DNA of 64,000 bases from Tubiluchus corallicola (taxonomy: Eukaryota; Animalia; Priapulida). The notes under the pieces are model-generated. The model made no database searches and was not told where the DNA came from. It saw nothing but the letters and a program-made list of their open reading frames with translations. Every line of letters starts with the position of its first letter. The first letter of the stretch is position 1. The stretch is from assembly GCA_030141605.1 (NCBI GenBank), contig JAQGDQ010000021.1, forward strand, positions 744,001 to 808,000, written 5' to 3'. The position numbers and the translations under genes were made by a program. Positions 1 to 14,176 of the stretch are shown piece by piece.

Positions 1-563
1 CTTACCAATACCTAGCTAGCAGTTTCCTTCATTAACTTTGAAGCCCGAACTACATAGTTAGCTGTTGCACATTGCATAGATGAAAGTCAAGCCCCCGGAG
101 GCTTTGAGACAATTTTGCCTAGATGCTGTATGGCAGGTTGCAGGCAAAATTCCTTCACTTAAAATTTGCCCCAGGTGCCTGGGAGTCTATACATCGCAAA
201 TACAAACGGCTAGTACTTATTAGTCAGTCGGGAAGCAAAAACATAAATAACTGTTGTACTGTTTTTCATTACTATTGCACATTTAGAACAGAATAATGAC
301 ATATGTACTGTTTTAATGCTTCAAATTAGGTAAAAGTGTTGTTGATAAAATAAAAACTATCTTTAAGCAAAGAAAAAAAATTGACATTAAAATGAAACAT
401 GGATCTTTAAATTAAAAAAAGGTGTCAAATGATTAGCAGCGTTAAAATGAAACATCTCTAAATGGGGAGTCATTAAGTGAGGACTTATGCATTATACTGT
501 ATGCATATTTAACTTACATGGATTTTTAGTCTTTGTTATTTATTATGCATTTGTTAAAATTAG

Positions 564-755
564 TTGGAAGACTTGGAAGTTCTCAAACAGTCTTCGCGAT
601 TGTTCCATTTCTGTGCGACGCCTCTTCTATTTAGTCCACAGTGGCGACGCAAAGCGGCAATTCACAAAACTCCTACAGTTTTTCATTTGTGTGGATTACG
701 GAGCACGGGAAGTGGACAGAACCTGTCAAAACAAATGAGTGACGACTCAAAACCC
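564..755 (+). CDS. SZT2: SZT2 exon
   Basis: tag|TTG...CCC|gtaag; LEDLEVLKQSSRLFHFCATPLLFSPQW. Confidence 0.88.
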
Positions 756-3700
756 GTAAGATACATTTTATATTTGTTATTTGTGTTGTTGCTAATGATT
801 TTGCTGCAAAGTATGCATAATGTATCCTTTTTTGAAAATTGATAGGTCAGTTACTAATGGCCTGGAGTCTGCTCTCTAACCTGACTTTGTACTTTTCGTA
901 TTAAAGACAAACAAAAAGTATCTTCTTACTCTAATCTAGCGATAGTGGTATTGGTAGTTTGATAGATGGCTGCTGGGCATTCTGTATAATAAACTTGTAT
1001 GGTGTGAGACTTTAAAAGTGTCTTAAATTGGCATATGCTTGTGCCTTATTTGCATTTTGGACAGTAAGCTAGCTTGGTTTATGCTGTTTAGTACTTAATA
1101 TCAATAATTCTAAATTATCTTTGTGTAGACTGTTATAGAAAGATTATCATTGCTTTTATATCTCATTATTTTGCAGCGATCACGACAAAGTTCAGGAGGC
1201 AGTGGCAAAGTGAAACAGCTTCAGCATCAGCGTACGGATAGCTCCGATAGCAAGCGGAGTCAAGATGATCCGGGTGGACATCGCATAGTTGCGGAAGACA
1301 CATGGCACATTCAGCTTCGTCAGAGTTTCATACAGGAATTCATACAGTACATGACTTCACTGGGTTACTGCGTCATATCTACTAAAGCTGCATCGCCACA
1401 GCCGAAAAGGTTCGATTTCTAATGATTTTCTTTATTATTGATAGCTAAGTGTGCATATTTTGCTAACTTATTAATTGTATGACTGCATTTCATTGTTGCC
1501 AATTAACTTACTGTTTTTAAATTATAGGAAACTATATTTTCTATCATCATTATTATCATCATCATTGCTATTATCATCACTTCATATAGTATGTGGTTAT
1601 TTATTTATACTCTGATTTCATCTCTAAGAATAAGCAAAGTTTTTGGTTTGTATATACAGCCTTCCAGCCACATGCATTTGCTGGACTATTTGATCTTGAG
1701 ATTGCTCAAATGTGGCTGGCATTAGTGATAATGTGCTCGGCTGATGTGAGAACTGTTCACATTCCTCGGCTTGGTAAATTTCTCTAAGCAGCACTTGAGT
1801 GTCGCAACCAAGTTTGTATGATACTCAGTTAAAAAGGGTAGCTATTTGTCAAGTGCTAGACAATTAACTTAGACACTTAGTTTGCAGACATCTTGGATTT
1901 TTTTTAAAACCAATGCTAATAAGTTAGTAATGTTTTTTAACTTCTATGTGGTGCTGAAAAGACTGTGCATCCATCTGTAATTTTGGCTTTATAATCAATC
2001 AAACCAATTCTAAAATATTTGTGGCATATTGACATAGCTTTTGCAGCAGCCACACCTTAGACTTAGTAATTGTAATTTAAAATGTAGTTAAGTTTTAGGG
2101 ACTGTATTGTAATACGGAAATACTGGTGTGCTTTCCGTATCAGTTCGCACTTATGTATCCTGTTACATTGTCATCCTGGTCAAGACATCATTGACAATTC
2201 ATTGATTTAATCATCTGCAATCACAATGTCATATTTTTAGTGCAAGCAAACCAAAGCCTCACTCACCAGATGTAAAAAGGAAGAGTAGTCTACAGTGCAC
2301 AGAGTGTTACCTGCAGCGCACCATGCCGGGTGGTATCATTCTAGTTGAACTCAAATACAGGGAGCCATTTTTTATGGTTTGCATGTTTGCACTGGAGTGT
2401 TCTCGTTTGCTAGGAAGTAATATTTTGATGAATCAGGTGAGTAATTTTTGATTTTTCTGTGGTATATTCTCATATCCCTCATAACAAACACAACATTTGA
2501 CGGAGTGTTTAGAAAAGATGATCTTCAGAGTTCTTTTATGAGTGAAATTATTTCTTGAGCTAGGAACATCTGGTGCAGTTAGCACGGTCAGCTTCACTCA
2601 GTTCACTATAATAAAGCTAGTAGTAGATTTAATCCAAATATATGCTGTGACTGGGTCTGTTCATTATAACAAACTTATGAGTCAACAATAGAACTTTAAA
2701 TTGAATTTCCACTTTGTGCAATTGTTTGGATGTTCCATTTTTATATCTAAATTTGCTATAGTTGAAAAACTTCTAATTACAGCGAATTATCAGCAAGAAT
2801 ATTATACGTGTATCAGCAAGAATATTATACGTATAATGAACTTAGTTTGATTTATTTGAATAGGATAAGCAGTTAAACAGGATTTAAAAAGCTGCTATAT
2901 GTGATAACAAATAAGAACTAGATAAGTTTTAGTTGATTAAGAGAACAAAATTGTTTAATTCTATTGTTATTTTGAATAATTTGTTGATGTAATTAAAAAT
3001 TTGTGCTGTGCTTATAAATAAGTTTTGTTGGGAGTTCTCGATCTTATTCAATTATTTCTTATTCATATTTGAACCTTTTAACTGATGTTATGTCAGCTCT
3101 GGTTGTGCCAGTAAAATTCAGGTTAAATTCTTTGCAGTTCCGATTAATGTTCATCGATGAATGCGACAAAGATCGGGTCCGCATCCACACACATTCGTTT
3201 GCTTACGACTTTCATCTGCGTACTATCCATTCGTACATCTCGGGGCGGATGCTTATATTGAAGAAGGGCTACCATCTAACAAGTTTCATGAACGATTTCA
3301 TTAATTATTATCAAAAGTCTCCTGGCTTTGCAAGAAATGATGTGCATTCAGGTGATCCTGTTTTATATTAAATTTGAACATCGTTATGTTCAAAGACTGC
3401 AATATTTTCCACCTGTTACAAACATATAACTGTTGCAGTTACTAATAACGTTGTATGCAATTGTATTTGTCAATGCTTGATCATTATGAAAATTTTGTAC
3501 TTAACAGGAACTGTTGAGATATCGAATCTGATTACACCAGCTAACAAATTGTGGGAGTACATGTTAAACAAGGATCGTCTATATGATATGAATGTTATGC
3601 GCATGGCACCACTACAAACAGAATCTGATATTGATTTGGTACTTTCTTATGTTTCATTTTTGTTTAAGTTGTATTTGATGCTTAGCGCATTTTTATTGTC

Positions 3701-6700
3701 TCCATAATAATCGAAGTACATGAATTACGTTAAGTGATATTAGTGATACTTTACTAGAGCAGGTGTACAAACGCAAAAAAAGAGGAATGTTTTCAAATGT
3801 ATGCTCAGTGAAATGCCTGCTGCCATTTTTAGTTGCTTTCAAATCGTATGGAAATTTAATTTCTGATAGTGTGTCCAAAGAAATAATTTTTGCATTTGCT
3901 TAGTATTTGAGTAGTCAATTCCTCTGATTCAAACTGACGATATCCAGCCCGTTGTTCCAAATTTGGGATATCAAACACCTAACATTTTTTATTTGCATTT
4001 TAGATTTGGAATTTGGTATGTTTGTTGTGAAATGCTATCGGTAGCTTCAAATGGTACTACCTAAAATGTTAAGGTAGTCGGGACAACGTCTTTGATCAAC
4101 AGCTTATCAAATCCTCTATTAAAATTTAGTTTTTAGATCTCATAGTTAATCTCAACAAGCTTTTAAAAATGACCTGATCAGACCGTGCTCGGTGTACATC
4201 ACTAATGTCGGTTAAAGTATGTTAAACAGGATACAACTCTAAACTCATCTAGAATTAAACAGCTTCTGTTAGTTCAGCAAATTGTTCAATAAGCTCAAAT
4301 GTGGAGTTCTGAAACTAATTTTGTCCTGTTAAATAAAAATTCTTAGAAGCATGACTTCAGTAACAAAAAGTAATAAAAATAATATTACAATCTTATTGTT
4401 TGTTGAATTTTAGGCGGAAAATGAATATATTCTTGTATCGCTCTTCTCGTGTCGTGGGACCTACAAAGATTTAGAGGACACTAGTCAGTTTCACGAATTT
4501 GACGTTGCTCTGCTCACTGTGGACAGTTCTGATCCCCAGACTGCAAAGCACTCCAGTGATTCGGGTACCCATACACTTCTTGTAAAGTATTACATCATCA
4601 TTACAAGTCGTCGAGAACTCTTTCCAAAAATCACCCTAGAGAACACCTTGGGTAAGTTAACTCGACATAGTAAGCTTTGCTGTTTTGCAATCAAGGCTTT
4701 TGAATTATTGATAAGTCTAACAATTACTATTGATAAACATAAGTGTTTAGAATTCACAGTTTTTGTCTCGTTAATCTATACCAAGCAAACAAATGCGGAA
4801 CTAAGGTATGGAACTAAGTTTTAAGTTGACATAACAGTACAATTAATGGGAATTTTTTTACTGTGTTTAGGTATGTTTCGAATTGTGCCGGCTTCTGGCC
4901 CTAATGCTGAGCCACCTGGTAAAATGAGTTTATCTTCTCGGTTAGGATTAGTTCACATACGGCAAGAATCTGCCAAATACTTAGGTTTGTAACTATCGTT
5001 AATCAGACTTTGTGCATTTTTGGATGTTACTATCACCTTAACCTTAAATGCTGCAGGAATTTTCATTTGACTAAAAATTCCTAATACAGGTAGTTTTCAA
5101 CTTACGACCTATGCAACGTACGACTGTTTGACTTTACGACCCGTGCACAACTTAATTAGTAATTATACAAAACTAGCTATAACTCATATTTCCTTCTACT
5201 TTTTAGACAAGTTAACTTTAAATCACTATCTGTTTTAGTAAATTCATCCTTGGCACTTAGCATACTTCGTGTATATGCACATATAACATCTTGCCTATGG
5301 GGCACACCACTTAAACATACGGGTCCGACTTGCATCCAATATCCCATGCCAAGATTCGAGTACTTTCATGTTTGAACTTCAAGTTTTCACGAAACTCTAT
5401 AAAGTGCATAAATTATTGTGTGCTACAATTATTACCATTTTTAGGAATTTAATTTCATTTGCTAATTATTATCTGCATAGTAGTCTTTTCTGTTTTTTTA
5501 TATTTTTATTGTTTGCAATCGTGCACATGGTACTCCTTTTGGAGGTAATCAAATTTTAGACTGCCGACTTTTTCTTACTTTTTTGTAATTATTATAATAC
5601 AGTAGGCGCCCTCTTAATAGACTTACCTTGGGACCGAAGTGTTTAAACCTAATTAACTGATTGAGTCAGTTAGCCGAAGGATTTAGTATATCACTACTAT
5701 ACAAGTATTAGCCATCATTCATCATTTTAATATGCATTGCAAAAACTTTAAATGAATCTTAGAAACGAATTAATGGCAAAAATAACTGTTTGCAAGTATT
5801 TAAGAAGCATAATTCATATACGTTAATTAATAAACAAAGGAATCCCAAAAATCTGATTATTACCATTAAAATTACAAAAATTCATGCAAGGTCAGTTGCT
5901 TCATGTCGTTGTGAAGAAGTTGGTTTATGAAATTCTCATAGTGATAAAAACATTGAAAATCTGTTACTATAGACTGCTCATATTCACGCAAAACACGTAG
6001 TCACCCAGTGCTTGGGCTGCAGTTGGTGATGACCTGTGAAAAGCAGCAGGAGCTTCAAAAGCAAACTCCTGGACAAGTGTTTAAAGGTTTAGCTTCCAGA
6101 AATGACGAAATTAATTGCAGTGGACAAGTGGGTGACAGATTCAAAGCAAAACCTCTACACTAACATATTACGCATATAATAAACGTACTGTACCTGCTTA
6201 GAAACAAAGCTGTGCTGAACATGACTGTTTCTATGCGTATTGTAGTGCACAAAATTGATGTAAAGATAACATAAAACCAGCAAAAGCTCTTTGGGACAAC
6301 ACAAGTATCTTGTTTTAAGTGCATGAAGTAAATATTGAGTCGATTATACAGAGTTATTTGATTCAATTATCGACAGTTTTTATATATATTTGAATAGGAG
6401 CGGCCTGTTCCAGGTGTTTTCAGTCAATTAAGTGACTGAGTCTATTAACTGTGAGTCTAATAAATGTACTATTATTATATAGTATAAGTATAATAATACA
6501 TGTACTAAATAAATACCAATCATGCACTTTTTCCAGGTTACTATAGCCATTATGAGACACATCTCAGGAGTTTGTTGCTTGACGAAGCTTTCAAGGCTGA
6601 GAAGCGAATAAAGAACATGGTTTCAGCAGCTGTGGGTCACTGTAGACGTGACATACTTTGGCACAGACTTCTAGTTGGTGTGGCAACAGAGGAGGAAAAG

Positions 6701-9700
6701 GCTCGAAAGAAGTCGAAGGTGGATTCTGATGATTCTTCCAAGGAAGGGGTTTGTGTATTTAATTTTATGTACCTTACGGTATTTCTTTTGCATGTTTTAC
6801 TTATCAGTTACATACTTGCTTTCTAACTTAAATACATACAAACAACCTTAATATTTATTTCACGTGCATTGTACAAAATGTATTAAAAACTATAATAAAA
6901 TTGTAAAACCTAAGTATGGAATCTATTGCTATATTAAAGTTATTTGTGTCCACAAAGTCATCTTCATGCATATTAGAATCTTCGTTCTTGAACTTAAAAT
7001 GCTTAGTCAAACATAAACATATAGTCAAACCTAATGGTACTTACAAGATTATCTACCCTGTCAACCACACTTACCTATTATCATTTAAGTGAGACAAAAT
7101 AAAGCCAATTTTATCCAAATTAACTAGAATACCTATATCCATTCGTCTAAATCCCCATCTCTTAAATTAGTTTAGTAATTTTTCTGGTAGATGCTAAACA
7201 TCAATATGAAATATAACTATGTATATTTTGTGAAAGCTTGACAGTCATGTGATTTAGAATCTAATTTTAGATCTCATTGCTACATTCAGCATTATTGGGA
7301 AGCTTAATGTTGCTAAAGTTCTTTATGGAAGAATTGGGTGCTATTAAACACACCATGTAAGCGATGCTGCTCTTTGACGATGATACAGGGGCACAAAGGT
7401 TACAGGTGCCAAATTCACGGGCACTAAGAAATGTCAGAGATGTGCATTTGTCCATGCAGTGATTCCATGCTTAATTCTGATTTTGCGAAGTTTTCTTTGG
7501 ATTTTATGATTTCATGAATTTTTAAAAATTACTAAAAGCACAAAACATTTGTTTCGATGATCACAGAAAATATGTGTAAAGTTCACACTCACGATAGAAT
7601 GTCCAGTTTGGTGAAACACCAGCTTTAAATACTTGATCTTTCGTGTCAGCAGATGTCACCACAATATGCGAATTATACTATTTAGGAGTCCTTTTAGTAT
7701 CCTGTTGTTAACTGATGATACTTTTGACAGAAAGTGCTAGTTTTTTATTACGTATTTATCCATAATGTTTTTTTACAAGGTAGAACTTACATCACTTCTT
7801 AAATAAATAACGAATATCAGAATGTTCAGACAATTGGGTTTTGAATATTCTAAATACTAAATTTTTTCTTAGGCTGCAACCAAACTAATGTTTGCCGAAT
7901 TTAAAGAATTGCTTAATTCTGTTGTGATGATAAACCTGGATGAAATTGACAAGCAGTTGTCGTCATTTCTGTGCTTGCACGTCAGCTGGTATCAGAGCTT
8001 GTGCAAGGTGCTGATTGCCAAGTTTGGGGAGACAGTGAGACAATTCATATCACAGGATGGAAGCTCACAATATGTGGTAACGTTCATACAAAAAATTCTT
8101 TCTGCTTCCTGGCAAATAACTGAATTATGCTTATTAGTGCATGTTTAATTAATGAAATTAGCTTTGAATGTAATATAAGCAAGGTGTACCAGACTAATGG
8201 TTGAAATTGGCACTAATATATAATGCTTTTTCTTTGCCTAAGAGTAACACTGTACACGATATGCTTCCATTACAACACCTAAAACAAAACATTGTGTTGC
8301 TAGATTTGATACCATACAAAGAGCATATACATACCATAATTAAAACTAATATGGGCAGGTCTAGCCTCGCAAGTGCACATGTGTGTAGCTTTAAACAAAT
8401 TATGCTTCTTACACTTGTATGATTTTAATCAAATTATTTAAATAATTCTGACATTTAAATTCTTAAGACGCTTGAATTTTTGCCATTTATTTGTGTTTTG
8501 TATATTTAGTTAAATTACCAAGTTACTTGTACATGTATGCAAGTACGTTTTTGTTTTTTATGTAGTAGTACAATATTGTTAATGCTAACATTAAGACTGT
8601 TGAAATATGTATTAATGAAGCATTGAGCTACTCCTTTTCATTTGGTGTCCATTGATCATGGCGGGTGTTTGATTGTCAATGGTCAGGCTGGTTTTAAACC
8701 AAATATGCCTTTTGACAGATAACAAAAAGTCCTTGAAGAAGTGCATTCAACTCAGGCAGTTGATCTGAAGTCAGAGGTCATTTCACGGTGACTGGGGGCA
8801 GGGGAAGATTGTCAAGTTGAAATGCCTTCAGTTGCAGGTGGCAGTAGTAGTTTGCAAACAACTTGTAGTTTACCATTTTTTTCAAAACTTGTTTGACCCG
8901 TTAGGCAAGCTGATGCCAACTTTGCCCCAGTAGTTGGATTAGAGACTGCATGATTTTGTCTCTTTTGTTTAGGTGGTACTGAATCCCAATGTGTTGGACA
9001 TGTTCATGATGGTAACTGTCGACCTCAACACAAACAGAAGCGTAAGTGACCTATGCAAACATTTACTATAATAAAGCATCATAGTAGGAAAATACAATCA
9101 GTTTAAAGTTTGAGCAAGAAGTATTGCTATGAACAGTGTCAGAGTAAATAAGACTTTGACTTTTTTGCTGGAGTTCGTGTCACTTTGCATGGTGCAGCTT
9201 GTATTTGCATGTTTTTGTCAATAATACATATTGATATGTATGTACACGGTGTGCCAAAATTCACTTTACACTTATTTTTTTGTATATTTTTACCAAGCAA
9301 AGTAAAATTGACACAGATGAACTAAAACCAATGGCAATTCATTTACTCAAATAGACGAAAATCTGAAAATAATTATTATACTAGCAGGCTTTGCTATTTT
9401 CGCTAACTTCTTTAGAGACCTTAAGAGGTTCAATGATCAGTGCAATAGCAGGTTGGGTATCTTGCACTGAGAAAGTTTCTCACATGAGTAGTAAGAAGGG
9501 CTGTACCTTGTTGAAAAAATCCATGTTGTGCTCTGAATTTCAGTTTAATGGTCACAGAATGTCATGCCAGGCTGATTTTGCATCTCATTTTTAACGTTAC
9601 TGTTATCACCATAGTAACAAAGCTTCTGTCAAAAACTAAACAGAAAGAATTTCCCAAGGCTTTAGTTCATCTGTACCAATTTTCAGATATTTTGCTTTAT

Positions 9701-9940
9701 TTGTCATAAACATGGAAAATATAAAGTGTTTAGTGACTTCTAGGACACCCTGTATTTATATGACTTGCAAAATAAACAACAAACACTTTGCAGGGTCTTT
9801 ATGCAGTATACAGAGAGCCCATCCAGTCAGAGGGTATTACTAATGGTAGACCAGATTGGAGACTAATCATGATTCCATCGCACATCGAGAGCTTCATCAA
9901 CGTTTGTTGCTTTCACTTATGGACAGGTTTGCTGCATTGA
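564..9940 (+). CDS. SZT2: KICSTOR scaffold SZT2, 3' part (11 exons, about 649 aa; 5' part lies outside the window)
   Basis: GT-AG exons 564-755, 1177-1409, 2241-2436, 3138-3351, 3508-3638, 4414-4651, 4871-4984, 6537-6748, 7873-8076, 8973-9041, 9794-9940 join in frame (1950 nt). Motifs LEVLKQSSRLFHFCATPLLF, YLQRTMPGGIILVEL, ECDK..IHTHSFAYDFHLR, GYHLTSF, HCRRDILWHRL and C-terminal INVCCFHLWTGLLH* match the SZT2 C-terminus as recalled. Confidence 0.93.
1177..1409 (+). CDS. SZT2: SZT2 exon
   Basis: ttgcag|CGA...AG|gttcg; WHIQLRQSFIQEFIQYMTSLGY. Confidence 0.88.
2241..2436 (+). CDS. SZT2: SZT2 exon
   Basis: tttttag|T...CAG|gtgag; YLQRTMPGGIILVELKYREPFF. Confidence 0.9.
2788..2832. repeat. 23-bp tandem duplication (2 copies)
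   Basis: TATCAGCAAGAATATTATACGT(G) at 2788 and 2811. Confidence 0.9.
3138..3351 (+). CDS. SZT2: SZT2 exon
   Basis: ttgcag|TTC...G|gtgat; FIDECDK...HSFAYDFHLR...GYHLTSF. Confidence 0.9.
3508..3638 (+). CDS. SZT2: SZT2 exon
   Basis: aacag|GA...TTG|gtact; TVEISNLITPANKLWEYM...YDMNVMRMAP. Confidence 0.87.
4414..4651 (+). CDS. SZT2: SZT2 exon
   Basis: ttttag|GCG...G|gtaag; ENEYILVS...YYIIITSRRELFPK. Confidence 0.88.
4871..4984 (+). CDS. SZT2: SZT2 exon
   Basis: tttag|GT...G|gtttg; phase 1/1, MFRIVP...IRQESAKYL. Confidence 0.82.
5087..5145. mobile_element. pogo/Tigger-like terminal fragment
   Basis: TA|CAGGTAGTTTTCAACTTACGAC followed by repeated TACGAC; no matching other end seen. Confidence 0.4.
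5600..6474. mobile_element. Non-autonomous Tc1/mariner (pogo-like) element, family A copy 1
   Basis: TA|CAGTAG start; both ends align with 55800-56371 (TTGGGAC.GAAGTGTTT..AATTAACTGATTGA and TTTGAATAG...GTTCCAGGTGTTTT...GAGTCTATTAAC.GTGAGTCTA). Confidence 0.75.
6537..6748 (+). CDS. SZT2: SZT2 exon
   Basis: ttccag|GT...GGG|gtttg; GYYSHYE...HCRRDILWHRLL. Confidence 0.88.
7873..8076 (+). CDS. SZT2: SZT2 exon
   Basis: cttag|GCT...GTG|gtaac; LMFAEFKELL...IDKQLSSFL..SWYQSLCKVL. Confidence 0.88.
8973..9041 (+). CDS. SZT2: SZT2 exon
   Basis: tttag|GTG...AGC|gtaag; VVLNPNVLDMFMMVTV. Confidence 0.85.
9245..9752. mobile_element. Tc1/mariner-type MITE with degenerate ~30-bp TIRs and TA target duplication
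   Basis: TA|CACGGTGTGCCAAAATTCACTTTACACTT ... AAGTGTTTAGTGACTTCTAGGACACCCTG|TA. Confidence 0.7.
9794..9940 (+). CDS. SZT2: SZT2 terminal exon
   Basis: ttgcag|GGT...TGA; GLYAVYREP...FINVCCFHLWTGLLH*. Confidence 0.9.
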   Translation, partial: GLYAVYREPIQSEGITNGRPDWRLIMIPSHIESFINVCCFHLWTGLLH

Positions 9941-10588
9941 TTTGCTGTTAATTGATCTATTGATTAGTTATTGATTATTTACACGTTTTGCTGTTTAACT
10001 AAAAATCTGACAGTCTGTAGTACCTCTTGTTTGTAACCAGCAGTTTGTAATCTACATAAGCTATTAATGTAGAGGTGTAAACTTAATATGGCCATGATTT
10101 GCGGTTACAATGGGGGTAGAAAGTTTGATTTTACCTGGAAGTGGAAACTTGCTTTCACAAATTCACTTTCGAGTTTCTCAAATTTGTTAGTTCACCCAAA
10201 TGTTCTTGAAGCCTTGGCTGGCCTCTCTTTCTGAGAAGGCATTTTACCTTTTGATTTTATCAAACATTCTCGTGTAATTTATTTGTAAATAATGTTACAC
10301 TTAATTTGAGTAAATCTATTATTTAAATGTGAATTTTTTGTACTTATATGTAATTCCATATATATGCGAGCTAATGTCATCACCAGTCCAATCAGTAGTT
10401 TCTGCTTTTTTTTAGAAATCTAGTTTGATTTGTCAGTACCATTAATTGTAAGCATCTGTCTATTATTATTGTAGTGATTTTTAATTTTTTTGTTACTTGG
10501 TTAGAGAATATGTTCTTACTGTCTTCCGAATGTTAGCAATTGTGCTATTGATGTGTAAATAGGTAAATATTAAGATATTATGTATCAT

Positions 10589-10594
10589 AATAAA
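10589..10594 (+). terminator. Candidate SZT2 polyadenylation signal AATAAA
   Basis: AATAAA about 650 nt after the stop, at the end of a T-rich UTR-like tract, followed by GT/T-rich sequence. Confidence 0.45.
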
Positions 10595-12299
10595 ACTAGC
10601 TGGACTATACAATATTAAACAATGTTAGTGTTTTTCATTGATAATTTTGGGAAATGTCGAGGACAAAAAAGGGAATTTTAGTGTAAATTTTGGGAAAACC
10701 AGTTTGAAAAGTCAGTTGTTTAATGTCAATATACGATTTCTTCTTTTACAAGAAATTCCTGTCTGATCATGCAAAAAATCCCCAGGCTTGTCATTATATG
10801 ACATCACGCAAGCCTGAAGCTAAATACATAGTACATCAAAATTTAGTATCCTAGCTGTTACACTGCATCGCTTAGGTATTATTGATTTTCTGATAATTAA
10901 AACTGTTTGATACAGTATAATCCTAAAAAATTCTTTAGAATTATATTGCAGTTTCAAAAACTTGCCTAATTACCAGTGTTTTGTGCATAGAAATCATGAT
11001 GAAGTATGTTTCCCTATGCAGTTAGGTCACGTGGTATGCTGTATAGATCTACTAACTTTTTGCAATAGTGGAATTGTACGGACAATATTGTTAAAGAGAT
11101 CTGCCAATCTAATGAAACGTGTGCCCGCCAAAATTTGGTACAGCTGTTAAAGTATAAATAGATGTTGTTGACAAAATCGGAGTACTTCATTCGCTTAAGA
11201 TTATAACAAAGCAATGTATATAGGTTATAATATTTGCCAAATTCACTTTAACTTCACTTTTTTTCGTTCTTCATGGCGTTCTCCAAATTTTGCTAGAAGA
11301 TGCATTTTCTTACCGTCAGATGGCAGCGCGGGCATAACATTGCTCTGTAAAAGTATTTGTGCAGACGATAGTTCATTGATAAATCCTCGTTAATGATTTT
11401 ACTGCACGCACAAAGGCATAGAATTATTTTTTACAATTTTAAAAATTTTCACAGTGGCTTGTGAAGTTATCACCTGTGAAATGAATGTGAAAAATAAATT
11501 TTGAAAGTGCATAATAAAAAGCGGATCCCATTGCAAGTGGGCCTAAATGCAAAATGTTTAATTACTGTAATGTACGGCCTCCTTCAAAGTGCTTGTTTCC
11601 GCCAAGGTGAGGCCTTTCTTGCTAGAGTTATTAGCCTCCATCTATTGGGCATCAGTGTGTTGTACAACATCAGGTTGTCAGGGTTCTGCTTTTAAATGGT
11701 TAGAGATGCGGATAGTAATTTGGTTAAACCTAATAATATAAAATGGGATAACGGAATCCAGAGTACCGTGAAATTGATGCAAACTATTGTGCATTAGAAG
11801 TGAGAATGGAAGCAATGGTGAAATCTCAAAGTAGGCAAATCTCTGGCTATAGTGCAAAAGTCACTCGTTTTACTTTATAATTAAGAATTTTGTGTGATTT
11901 ATTTATTTATTTTATCGATACCGCTGGGTTTTTAATCACTGTTCAACTTGTGCTCAATTTGTGCACGTACTGACTTTAGAAAACTGATATAAAATGAATA
12001 ATGTAAACTGTCAATGGCTAAAAGTAAAAACACACTACAAAACGCTACAAAGAAACATTGAAATGACAGAAATGGACAACGATATTTACAAAATACACAA
12101 TTGAGATCCGATAGTCACCTGTGTTTTAATTTAGAAAAATTCACCTGTACAGCTTAATAATCTATCATATTGTGGAGCGCGATATTTAAATTAAACATTA
12201 GGGCTAATTTTATGCAGGATACATACGAATTACTGTTTATCGTCCATTTGCGATTTGTTGGTGGCAAATTGCTAAAAATTAATACAAAGAACATTATTT

Positions 12300-12642
12300 T
12301 TACGCGCACGTGATCGTCGTGACGCAGATATGAACATTTATAAGAAAAAAGACCGTTAAACAAATTGCGGCCCTGGAAATCGAAGCGTTCCCTGACTTTC
12401 AGCTAAGAAAGTGCTGGCGAGCGGGAGAAGCCTTCGTTAATTTGCAGTGTTTAGATGAAGCTTGTCAGTTGTAGCTTGTTCACTGTCTTGTTTGTCGTCT
12501 CACATTATCAAGTCTGTGGTTAATGTTTAACGCTGCAACAATTCACGGTATTGTCTGTAGGATAAGATTGTCTAGTTGTGTATTCAAAGTGGATGTGGCA
12601 GTAACTGAAGGGTCGGCGACAAGCATTACAAACAATGTAAGT
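12300..12642 (+). promoter_or_regulatory. Candidate promoter and non-coding first exon (probably KANK)
   Basis: Local CpG enrichment, E-box CACGTG 12307, Inr-like TCAGTT 12465, strong donor GTAAGT 12637; KANK is the next + strand gene. Confidence 0.35.
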
Positions 12643-13441
12643 CTACTTGAGTTTGAGAACTAAATTTGTATTAAATTCACCCAGTATGCAAAAGCCTAAA
12701 TAAAGTGAACAGTTGCTTTGTATTCCTAAATGGTTTTCCTCTTTCGTTTTATTCTTTAGCTGGATTACCTTTTGGCTGTAGGGTGAAACAAAAAGAGTGC
12801 TGAATAATTTATTGAAATCTTATTTTTCATTGTGGTTTTGCGATTTTTCGCGCCTTAGAAGATTCTTTCGCAGAACTAAACACAAGTGTGTAGTAACAGT
12901 TCGTTACATTGTAAAACAAAGTAACATAATACGCCCAGTCAAGTTGTCAGATTAGTTTGAGGTTGCTTATCGAACGCTTTGGTACACAAAAAATGAGCAG
13001 GCGTAATCTACCTCAAAAATTCCCAGAAGTGCATGTGCACTCTTAATGTATTTTCAATGGCGCAAGAGGATGTCATGTATGTCACAAAAAATTGCAGTTG
13101 ACATGGGAGACTGGCTTTGAATTACTACCTAGTAAGATCTATATTTTGGACAATCAAAATTGCCATATAAAGACGGCGCAGAAAGTTATTTAATGCCAGA
13201 CGATATTTTTAATGCTGCATGGTGATTTTACAGCCCATTTTGCTACAAAGCCTGCAGTTTATGTACACGCAGGAGTGCTTTGTAGGATATTGCAAGTTTT
13301 TGTGGCAAATGTTGATATTGATCGCGATTCGTGAACGAGAATCGAAATATCGTAGTAAATAGTAAAACTGCATGTATATAGACCTAAATGCGGTTTGGGA
13401 AATAAATAAATTTTTCAAATTAATTTTATGTAGTTGGAGCA

Positions 13442-13623
<182 letters not shown>

Positions 13624-14176
13624 AAGAGCATATTAAACTTGCTACGAAAAATTTTAGACAAGACATGGGAATTGGAAAGCTATTTATACATAGCAATTAT
13701 AAATAGTAATTTACATGACTAACATATCTAATTTCTTGCGTCAACTTCTAGATTACAGTTTTACGGCTTTATTTCAATCAAACAAGAAATTACACATGTC
13801 ATTAAAATTACAGTATGAGTTTTATACTGGACAGTTCTTTTCTTGGAACTCGTAGCAAAATTCAATGTCCTTAGGGCTAAAGTTTATTGAAGTAACAGAC
13901 AGCAGTCTATGCACGCGCTGGTCTCCATTCCTGTATTGAAATCGAAAAGTGGTGGTGACCTTGTCCTTGTAAAATGTTTTTTTTAAATTTTTCATACTGA
14001 TTTCCTAATTTTTGCACAGTTAACTGTGTTAATTAGCCAGGCCGCCAATTAAAGCAACCGTAGTGTAGCACATTCGAGTGGGCTATTATTACATATATAG
14101 AATAACAATGTACATAAAATAGTGCTTAGTGTATTCATATAAGCAACAGTTAATGGTAGGCTACTTAGTATAGATG

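Noticed and set aside
3165-3185. SZT2 DKDRVR versus recalled vertebrate DKVRDL as a micro-inversion
   Set aside because: The reverse complement does not restore the vertebrate residues; this is ordinary divergence.
9938-9940. TGA stops as selenocysteine or readthrough
   Set aside because: The SZT2 and CCT2 stops fall at the expected C-termini and no SECIS was recognised.
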